From Cycas panzhihuaensis (lineage: Eukaryota; Plantae; Cycadophyta): a stretch of DNA of 64,000 nt. The translations under genes were made by a program, and so were the position numbers. Within the stretch, counting starts at the first letter, position 1. Each line of letters begins with the position of its first letter. The DNA lies in contig CM041465.1 of assembly GCA_023213395.1 (NCBI GenBank), forward strand, positions 127,169,741 through 127,233,740, written 5' to 3'. Positions 53,206-64,000 of the stretch are shown in pieces. The notes below the pieces were generated by a model. That model saw only the letters and a list, made by a program, of their open reading frames with translations. It was not told where the DNA came from and ran no database searches.

Positions 53206-55779
53206 TTCCCATTAAAAATAAATATCAAAAATTAATACATGAGGTGGGGTTTGGTGATAAATTATACCTCCAAAGGGAAGAAAGAGCTCTAATAATCTTC
53301 ATTATATAACAGAACAATAACTTACCTTTACCAAAGCAAACATGTATATTCTTAGATGTTTCAATTTTAATTTGGTAAAAGTAGTGACTGAAAGGAGTTA
53401 TATTTTATTTTGACAAACTCCATGAGTGCCAGGGGGAATTTAGTAAAGAGAAAGTGAAAAAAGAGCCTCTCTATATATAAGAAAATGAATGAGAAAGAGT
53501 TTCATTTTCATATATAAAAGGAGGAAAAAATGAGAGTTCCAAAGGCTATTACCTTATTTTTTGGAGCAATTATGAGATCTTTCTGATGGGGGATCGGCTC
53601 TATAGGATCCCAGGCATTGAGATAGAGCATAGAGCGAGGTACCTGATGAGTGAAATATATTATTATTATTTTTTTTTTAGTTTTTTATAAAAAATACGAT
53701 GATACAGTACAAAAAATATAACTAGTTTACTAAAAATGTGACTAACAAACAAAAAACATGACTAACTAGTGAAAAATGTAATTTCAATATTAAGCCCATT
53801 AAAGGAAGTTATATTTTTCACTGCGAAGTCATATTTTTCACTATGAAACTATGTTTTACTTAGATGATTACACTTTTGGACTTTCAACATATAAAAGTTT
53901 AAAAAATTAAAAATTTTAAATTTAAATAAGTTATTGACAAATTGGAACCGGTGTGATGTAGACCTTAGAGAGAGTGGATCCACTCAACTCATGATGGATC
54001 ATGAGATTCTTCACAATTTTATTAGTTGTTGGATCCTAGGCTATAATATCCTCAAAGTACATATGATCAGAGACCTTGAGATTACTCAAGGAGATGTGGG
54101 AAAGATCTTAGGAGTTAGCATGGAGAGAGAGTTCATCTCATCAAGGTGATAGATGAGGAGTCCCAAATAGCTTATAGTACATACTTGACAGGATTTGTTA
54201 ATTAGATAGATCAACATAGGATCTCCATTGAGGCTATTAGAATAGCAGGAGGTGTTCTAGTAGTGAGGAGGATTGTTTCCCTTGTCATTTCCTATCAGAT
54301 ATCTAGGACATAGAATTATATGAGGATCTTAACTGAGTGGATAGGGATAATATGATGATGCAAGTAGGGTATTTAGATTAACTGGGGGAAGTATGTCATC
54401 GATAGTATTAGCCACTAGTTATTAAGGATCTAGAGGATAAGGAGGGGTTGCTTCTTATATAACTCTATCCTTATGTGCCAGCTCTGTGATCATATTCCAT
54501 TGATGCTGGTAGGAGGAGATCTAAGAGAGATAACACTGATGGATCTAGGAATGAACAGATGGCATATGTGGTCCTAAATTTATAATAGACTAATTATCAT
54601 CAAGAGGACCATATATAGTCCTCTCCTCAGTAGGATGACGAGGAGATAGCTAGTATAAGATGCATATATTAGGCTCCCAGTGTGGATCAATAATAAGATA
54701 GATGCTATAGAGAGGGTAGTAGCAGAGGAGGCTCATATAGTACGGAGAGGGAGAGGGGGAGGACATAATGGAGGAGCACATTGTGGTAGAGGTGGTAGAG
54801 AAGGAGAAGAGGCAAGACGAGGAGGCAGAGGAGGTGCCTCCTACAGTGGTAAAGTAGGAGGTAGTGGCCAAGTGCTTAGACGAGGAGGTGGATCACCCAT
54901 GGAAGGGAGAGGAGGCTCTATTCATAGCATGGAACTAGGATCTTCTGACAACCAGGGTAGGCATGGAGGGAGCAGAGCTAGAAAGGGAAGAGTTGCATAA
55001 GAGGCTCACTAGGAACCATAGGGAGGAGAGGTACCACTAGCAGGGGAGATACTAAGTGGAGAGCTATCAAGAGGAGGATCTCCAAGTATGTGGTTAATTG
55101 TTTTATTTCTCACATCATATAGCGTTTCTTTTCTTTTAAGAGTATGTTTTCTTTTCTAGGATACTGATCACAGATGGCATGTTTCTACTGGGTAGGTGAT
55201 GAGAAAGTTACCTTGAGGGAGGTTTAGAGGACCTTGGAGGTGATCTTTCCTTACATTCCAGCATTGGATGAGATACCCGCTTAGAATGTAATAGATCATG
55301 GGTTATTGGGGTGCCATATAGAGTATTATAGCCATGTGCTAAGAGCTCGAGACCTCTACCCAGATATAAGGATAGAGTTACAGACATGAGACTTGGAGCT
55401 GAGGGTAGGTAAGGGGGAGAGGAGATACCTATAAAGGATGATGTTAAAAAAAGTGGATCTATCCTTCATCTCTATGCACTAAACACAAAGGCAAACATGG
55501 GAGCAAGAGAGACTTAAGAGAAAGAGAGAAGCTCTCACAAAATGGAGAGGTAAGAATGAGCCTTTTCCATTCAGATTTCACTTTTATATTGAGAGAGGGA
55601 TCATTAGAGTTAGATGAAATTAAATTACACATAATGCACATAAAAGTGCATTTTACTTAAGTGATCTAATTTGAAGTTTACTTAAGACCCTTTTTAGAAA
55701 TAATTAACTAGTGTAATAACCTTGTGACATTAGCTTGTTTCAATCTCTTCCTTAATGGTAGAAGGTCATTTCATCCTAT

Positions 55780-56300
55780 TTTATTCTATCCTATGATGTC
55801 TTCATTTGAGCCTCTTATAAAGTAAACTACTATGACACTTTTATGGGAAACCCTCATTGGGAAGAAAACCCAAATATTTTCTAATCTACTAACTTGGCTC
55901 AAGTAATACTTTAAATGAAGCTAGATAGCCAATTAATACAATGAATTTTGTAGCTAAAATCTATTGAGTATTCATGTACCATTTGGTCATCCCCCATGCC
56001 CTTTCAGGTTTTCACAGGTTTAGATTTTCTAAAATGATATAACCGTTATCCTTTTATGCCCACAAGGGGTTTTCATAAATAGGATAGAGCAAAGACTTAC
56101 TCTTGTCGTTCCACAGCCATAAGGGATTTTCATGAATGAGACAGAGTATGATGGTCTTATAGTCATCTCCTTCAATCAGTCAAAGATGAGGCCCTAAGGC
56201 TGAGTTACCTTTGAAACTGTTCAAACTTCACCCTCTTTAGTGGTTTGGTGAAGATATTGGCCACTTGATCTACTGTGGGGCAATACTCTAGTTGAATTAT
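55780..56300 (-). mobile_element. Copia RNase H C-terminus plus probable 3' LTR remnant
   Basis: IIQLEYCPTVDQVANIFTKPLKG on the minus strand at ~56230-56300. Confidence 0.7.
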
Positions 56301-58047
56301 ATAACCAGTAGAAACCAATCATACCTATGTAGTTTCGATAGGAGCATTAATTAAAGGTGTGAGTGGTTATATGTTGGGATGTATGTCTATGTAAGAAAGT
56401 AATGGACTGGCTCCATGATAAAATGGAGATAGTGCATCCTTAAGAATGAGCAACCATAGTTATATGAGAAATGAACAATGAGATAATCAAGTACATAGGT
56501 GGTCTCATAGTGAGATTGGTTAAGTTGGAACCTAGGAGAGAACTGGAAATCCCAAGAACTAAACCATAAGTAGTGGATACTAATAACATGCATTGTAATA
56601 TTAGTCAAGTAGGCTATATATCCAAAGAAGGAGATGAGGGTGCCATAACCTCTATGGGAGGCAGATGAGATACTTCCTACATAAGGGAGTTATATAAACC
56701 TAAGTCACTTTAGGAATGGATCATGACAAAGTTATAACAACTCAACTCAAGTGTATGCCAATCATGTATAGGATTGGATACACCTAATTTAATCTAGCCT
56801 AAAGCTAGGGAATGCATCATCTAAGATATGGGAATTCTCTTAAGAATAAATCCTGAGATAAAACAAGACCAATCCTCCTCTTAACATAAATGCAAAAGTA
56901 AAGAGGTACTAGCATTGATACAATGTGGTATATTAAATCCAAAAAATGGAAGCAAATAAGTATAAACATTAGTGAGGTAAAGGCCTTAGAGCCCAGTTTA
57001 GCTCCTAGTCAATTTGAAAGTGAGGGGCACTATTTTATTCACCATTATTAAAGATAGTAGAAGAAATAGACAAATGAGATGGTAAAGAAGTGAAGGTGAA
57101 AGACTCCTAATGAATGGAATAAAATGAAAATATGATCAAAAGAGAAAGCATGTATAGCACCTCCCTAGTATAGTCATTAGAATATGGGTTGAGATTTGGG
57201 AAAACCTAACTCACTAGCCCACTTATAAAGAGAGTAGGTGTCAAAGAGGAAGGTGATAAAGCAAGGTATATTAAGACTTGAAGTTAAAGGATACAAATAA
57301 AGGGTACTCAAAATTAGATGAGTAAAAGATAAGAATGCATGTGGTATAAAAGTAACAAATAGAAAATAGAAAATGTAATTATCTACTTCTCCCAAAGGAG
57401 GTAAATAGTATACAACAAGCTCTTGATACCTGAAAGGACTATCAAGGCATCTATACCCAAAGATGATGAGTCTTAAAGCCCCATGCTAGACACCACTTCT
57501 CCCAAGAGAATGAACTTGTTCTATCCTTCCCAACCATAGATATTTATGTCATACTAAACTAAGATGAGTATAGGAGGACTAATAAGGAGAAAGATGTAGA
57601 GGAATAAGACACTAGATTAATGACCCACTTATGGGTTAGCCTCTAGGGACTCCCTCACCTAGTAACATCCCATTTGTGAGTGTGGAAATTCTAGGAATAC
57701 CCATGTCCTATTCCAATAAGTTTAAGATCCTTAGAGGTGAAGGAAGGAAAAAGAGAAGCCACTCTTAATAGGTAGTATAGTAGTCCCTTCACCCTCTTGA
57801 CTGCATGTAGTCGAGATAGCTACCCATCACCTCTTGCTTAGAACATGACGAAGATATTTTCCTAGTCTCAAGTATAAAACTAGTTGTTGATTGATTAAAT
57901 ATGGATAAAATATCCCCCCTTTGAGTTGGTAGGAATTGGATCTATGATAGAGGAAAGCAAAGAACACAATATGTAATACAAGTACCATGTACTTTTATTT
58001 ATGTAAAAATAAGTAATTTATATGAGAACCTAAAACATGTTAGGCAA

Positions 58048-61000
58048 TGTGAGAAAAGAAATATGTAAGTCTTAAAAGAGAGGGAAATTAGTCCCATTCA
58101 CCAACCTAGGATCAAGTCACAAAAAACTACATACATCACACATAAAAAGATCATAATGTGAGGAGATAGAGTTCATCCAATCTTCAAAGCTAAAATCACA
58201 TTTCATTAATCACTCAATAAGATTGTAATGCATCAATATTAAGCCATGTATATATATTAATTTATAGTTATGAGAGAGGCTTTGAGAATATTAGTGACTA
58301 ATCATACAAGATGACATTTGCCACCTTATATAATTAACTTATATTAACTTTACAATGTATTATGAGCACAATAGACCCCAGACACCTAGGCTCATAACTT
58401 TAGGTCATAGCTTAACACATTTATGAATCTAGTACCCATATCATATACTAACTTACTAATATGACTTTGAAATTACAAATATATATTACATTATAAAATA
58501 TCAATGAGAATGAATAAAATCAACATTAATTCTTCTATCACCTCCCTTGATGATAAGTTCATTAATTTTGATATCAAAACCAATTTGAAACCTTTCAATT
58601 TTATAACAAGAAAGTGCCTTTGTAAAGATGTCTATAATTTATTTATTAATCAGCTTATAGATTAGATCTATCTCACCATCTTGAGCATGCTCCCTAATGA
58701 AGTGATGGTGAACCTCAATATGCTTTGTCCTCATATGGAACATAGGATCCTTGGTCAATTTGGGAATACTTTGATTATCACAAAGAGTAAAGTAGCTTAT
58801 GTTTGATTAATACCAAGCTCTTCAAGAATCCTTCTAAGCTAGATAGCCTCAACAACTACACTAATAGTGGCTTTACACTTAACTTTAATAGAAGATAAAG
58901 TGATATTAAGTTACATTTTATAGCTCTAGGAAAGTGAAGCAGAACCTAGATTAAAATAATAGCCTGAGATTGTTCTACAACTATCTTTATATCTAACCTA
59001 ATCAACATTTGCATAGCCTGTCAATAAAGGATTATCTACATGACAATAATCAAGTCCAAACTAGAGAGCACACCAAAGACATCTCAAGATCCTCATAATT
59101 TCTTTCTAATGTGAAGTCTTAGGTTGAGTCATAAACCTTAAGCAAATCCCAACTATATATGAAATATTAGATCAAGTATTTATAAGGTAAATTAATTTTC
59201 CTACCAGTTGCTTCTACAAAGTAGGGTCCATAAGTTTACCATGCTTATCAATATCTAACTTTAATCCAATCTCCAAAGGAGTTGGTAATGGATTACATTC
59301 CTCCATTCTAAATCTCTAAAGGATATCCGTTGTATATTTAGATTATCAAAAGAAGATTTGGTCTGGTTATTATCAGACTTCTATGTCAAGAAAGTAATAA
59401 AGCAACCTAAGGTCAGTCATCTCAAAACTACTATTCATTTCTCCTTGGGGTATGTAATCCACTCTATGTTATTACCAGCTATCAACAAATCATTAACATA
59501 AAGTGTAAATGGAGTGATCAAATTATTATAGATTCTAATATATAAATTTAGATCTGAAGATGAATGTATAAATCCATGCTTTTAAAAGTACTCATCAATT
59601 TTTACAAACTAAGCATAAGGTGATTACTTAAATCCATAAAAAGCCTTTTTTGTCTTGCAAAATAAGTGTCCTTCTTTATAAACAACATAGCAAGGAGTTT
59701 AATTTAAGTATATTTCATCTTATAAATTGCTATTTAAGAAGGTGATTTTTACATCCATTTAAAAATCAAGTCAATTAAATTAAGTTGTTCAAGTTAAGAC
59801 AAGCCTAATAACAATCATATTAGTAACCGGTATAAATGTGTCCTCATAATTAACACCCTTAACCTATTTAAAACTTTTGTTAACCAAACGTGCTTTATGA
59901 TATTAGAGCCATCTATATAAAATTTTATTTTATATATTCGTCTATAATTAATAGGTTTCTTTACTTTAAGTAATTCAACTAGCTCCTAAGTGTTATTTTA
60001 CAAAATAAAATCCATCTCTTTATTTATAGCCACTTGCCACCTTTGGTCTACAATAACTTCAAGAGTGATAGGTTTAGGAGTTGATAATACTTCTGCCATT
60101 AAGGTAAAGTTAATGGATGACCTATATTTAGATTACCTCTTTATTTGTTGTGATAATGATGGAGTAGAAGAGATCATTTACAAATATTATTTGTGGAGTT
60201 ACTTTGAAATTGTTGGGTAATATAACAACAATGGTTAGGAGGCTAAAATTTTGACAGGTTGGAAGCGTGGTTTCCCCCCCAAACCTTCCTTAGGGGGTTC
60301 TAAGGGAGGCAGGAGCCCCCGTTGGCTAGGGCGGTGCAGGGGGAGTGGAATGCCCCTCGTAAAGAGGGGGTTCAGGGGCGATAGCCCCCAACCCAAAAAT
60401 TTAGCACTGAAAGTATATTAAATTGTAAAGAGAATCAGGGTCGTTCGCTGAAAATACCCTAGATTCTATGGTCGAGATTTATGCCTTGGATGACTCTCTT
60501 ATGTAGCTTGATTTAGGAAATTTTTCATTTATGTTGATGATATTCAATGTACTGTGTAAGTGGGGTAGCTAGTTGTTGTTGCTATGAGCTCTCTAGTATA
60601 GGACTATGTATATTTTCTCCATTCTACAATAATAAAGATCAATACCTTTCCTGTCTGGATTTTTCCCTAGTATATTGTTAGGGTTTTACCATATTATATC
60701 AGGTGTATTTGTGATGCTTGGTTTTCTTGTTCATTTTATTATTTTATCTCTGGTTTAAGAACTTGCATATAATTTTTTGTTTCAATTTTTATTACTAGTT
60801 GCAAGAATAGTTTAGATCTTGGTGGTGGTTTAAGGGTTGGGACCTTGTCTTCTCAATAGAAATGACCTCGTCTTGAACATCTTTCAGAGGATTTATGGGT
60901 GATATGTTAAAGTATAGGCAAGTGGTATAGATAAAATAGCATGAGTATATGATATTGAAGAAGGCAATTAATTTGCAAGAATATTTTGGAGTGTAAGAGC

Positions 61001-63612
61001 AGGAGTAGGAGCTTCAATAGATTAATCATCAAATAATGAAATCTAAGTGACATTTAAGTCTCAATTCACTTCTAAAAGGGTGTCATCCTAAGATGCACAT
61101 ATTTTCTTAGTGGAAGGGTGATAAAGCTTATATGCTTTATAGATAGGTTGGAAACCAATAAAATTACATTTCCTACTTTTATCATGTAACTTCTTCCTTC
61201 GTTCTTTTGGTATGAGAATATGTGTTATACAACCAAAGGTACACAAATGTGAGACCATAAGTTTTTAACTTGACCAAGCCTCCTTGGGAGTAATATATAA
61301 TACAACCTTGGTTAGACTTTAATTTGTAAGGTAAGCAATTGTATTAAGGGTTTTAGCCCAGAATTGAAGTCTTAAGTTCCTAACAACAAGCATAGCTTTA
61401 CCTTTGCTAACTAAGGTCTAATTTATTCTCTTAGCAACTCTACTTTATTGAGGTGTATAAAGGGTAGAAAACTATTATTTGATGCCATTATCATTGCAAA
61501 ATTAGGTGAATTATCTAGATGTGTATTCACCTTCATTATCATAGTGAAGGATTTTAATTAGCCTTCTAAATTCCAATTCAATGCCACTATTTAAGTTCTT
61601 TAAATTTTTCGAATACTTTTGATTTTTACTTTAATAAATTAACCCAAACTTTTTTGAAATAATCATCAATAAATGTAATAAAATATTGACAACCACTAAA
61701 GGATACTTATGACATGGGTCCCTAAACATCAAAATGTACTAGACCCAAAGGTTCCCTAGCATGTTAGGCTCTTCCATCTTACCTGAAAAGAGCTCGATGA
61801 TATTTATCTATAACACAAGCCTTATAAATATATTTTGTCTACTTTATGTTTGGTATTCCGTGTACCATATTTAATTTGTAAAGTAGATGAAGGTTGTTCA
61901 TATTCAAATGACTTAGGCATTCATGTTATAGTTGATCTTTTAGGAGCCTTTGTGAAACAAGTATTTTTGAAGAAGGTTGTTCACCTGTATTTGAAGCCAA
62001 ATCATTTAAAGTAGAAGTTAAATTACTACAAGAGCCAATTTCAGTTAGTAAGATCAAAGCTTTTGAAACTACATCAAGCTTATATAAATCTTGGTCTTTA
62101 TATTCTAAGATAATGAGGTTGCCATTCAAATATGTAATTAAACATTTTCTAAGGTGACTACATAAGACATCAAAGTTTTGTTTATTTATCTAGCTAACTG
62201 ATAGTAGGTTGTGTGTCATACCACATATATAAAAAACATGGTTGACATAATGTAGAATGTCAAAATTCTTCAAAGGTATAGAAGCATTACTAACTTTCCT
62301 CTAAAATGGCATCATCCCTAAAAGTAACTAATTGATCTTACATTAGTCTTGTGTCTATAAGGAGTTCTTCAAAACTTATCATATATCTAGAGGCTTCTAA
62401 ATTTATGGACTAGGATTTATCATAATGTTGAGTTATTGATGTAGAAAAGAAAAGGTTTTCTGAATCAACCACATAGCCACCTTGATTCTAATTTTATCTT
62501 TGGTTGTAATTTCTATTTTTCTAATTGCCTTAAGAAGCATTTTGATTTTGTCTCTTAGGTCATTAATAGTCATTCTAGTTTTGTGTCCATGGTCATTGAT
62601 AGTTACCACATCTATAATTCTAATTTTCCTATATGGCAGAGTGATTTTGAAATTATTGTCATTATAGATCAGTTGTCTTTTTCTTGAAATTAGGTGCAAT
62701 ATGTATAGGTTTAGCATATTAGTAGTAAATGACCTAAGTAATATATTGTGGTCATTGTTAACATTATCAATATGGATGTTGGTTCAAATTCATTAAACCA
62801 AACTATTGAGTTAAGTATGGATATTATTGTCTTCCTCTATAATGTGCTACAAACGTTGGAGTGAAAAAGGAGATACCTAAGTTTCCCAATCTATTCAACT
62901 CACATTCCTCTTAAAGTAGTAGACCCTTAAAGGTGTTTAAGTGTAGTAAGATGCTCTATCTGAGACAAATTAGATATGAGGGAATTATATCCAATTGGCA
63001 AAACATTGACTATAAAGGGTATGAGATCACTATCATCTAGAGGCTAACCCATAACACTCAATTAGTTCTTAATCAATTTGATATATGTTAAATAGGTTGT
63101 AATAAATCCAACAAATGGAATAGAATAGAGATAAGCTTTAATCATGATGTCTCTTTCATTGTCTTTCCTCTTATAAAGTGCACAAATGATATTCGAGGCA
63201 TCAACAAAAGTAGAGGCAAGTTGAATATTTTGTTCAACATTATCTTTATAGGACAAGTGTAAAAATAAAATAACAACTTCATCAGAATCTTTAAAGGTAG
63301 ATATAGTATCAGGATCAATAAGAATAACAACATCGAGATCATTGGGATCTCAAATGTCTTTAGGTATGAGAATTTCTCCTAAAACATTAGGCCATAATTT
63401 ATTTATTATTAGGATATTTTTGATTTGTTTCTTCTAAGCCAGGAAATTATCACTACCAGATAGTTTAATTGTATCTGTTGCAACCATTTGAAGTGCCATT
63501 TTATCTTAGGTATATGTCATTTATCTAAAATAGTATAGTAATCTAGTAGTCATGTCTCTATATCTCCATTCCTAATAGCCCTTGGTAGTTGAGACAATTT
63601 TGTATGATGCCA
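58048..63612 (-). mobile_element. Decayed Ty1/Copia element (gag-PR-INT-RT-RH, 3' LTR ~58048-58541; no matching 5' LTR seen)
   Basis: RNase H (FHMRTKHIEVHHHFIRE ~58690-58740); RT (FEMTDLRLL); integrase (NEGEYTSR*F; AKRIN*TLV); PPT aagggagg ~58541-58550; decayed PBS TGGCATCATA ~63603-63612. Confidence 0.85.
60211..60767 (+). mobile_element. GC-rich solo LTR inserted in the Copia; same family as 40405-40994
   Basis: TGTTGG start; shared aataaaga.caat.cctttcctgt...tagggttttaccat block; TSD not clear. Confidence 0.7.
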
Positions 63613-64000
63613 TATCTGCTTATAAGTAGAAGCTCGATGACCCAATATACTCAAAGGTATGTAAATGTTATAAAAGGCTTAGCCACCCCCTAACATCGTT
63701 GACCTGCCTGAACCAAATTTATAACCTGAATGACAGATTCTCATCTAAGGGTACACTTAACAACTAAGATATTCACCCTCTTTGGATTTATCCTAATCTT
63801 TAAATTTTAAGAATATTATATAACAGCTTAACCTACCACTTAATATACCTAAGAGTTAGTGTCTTTCTCTATTGTCTACAAAATTTAAGAAAGCTCACTA
63901 ACATGTACAGAGTGATAACTTCAGGGGTTCTAATTGTTCCCCTTGCAAGTCTGGTAAATTGAGTTATTTAATTGGGTGTTATCCTTTTAATCTTTCAAGT

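Noticed and set aside
54680-55000. Gly/Arg-rich 106-aa ORF as a gene
   Set aside because: Low-complexity purine-rich tract with a non-ATG start; probably a decayed TE accessory region; no domain recognised.
60206-60775. TSD for the second solo LTR
   Set aside because: The flanks GAAAT and TATAA do not match; the right boundary is uncertain.

Overview
AT-rich, strongly CpG-depleted, gene-poor land-plant DNA made mostly of nested and decayed LTR retrotransposons (Ty3/Gypsy Tat-, Athila-like and chromovirus types; Ty1/Copia). One intact host gene: an intronless LAMMER/AFC-type (CLK family) kinase at 11125-12336 in a CpG-retaining island. Its pseudogene (46043-47168) lies in a derived duplicate whose blocks are in circularly permuted order. 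Two elements have LTR pairs and 5-bp TSDs. One is a ~10 kb Gypsy at 20070-30020. The other is a 4.1 kb Copia derivative at 35399-39529 whose gag-PR-INT region is replaced by host DNA, including two axonemal dynein heavy chain fragments in scrambled order. The dynein implies a host with flagellated sperm. Near 52.3-53.2 kb are three consecutive arrays of a conserved motif plus variable spacer; two are hairpins, and the first shows compensatory changes. All alignments and translations were done by eye, and boundaries without a TSD are approximate.
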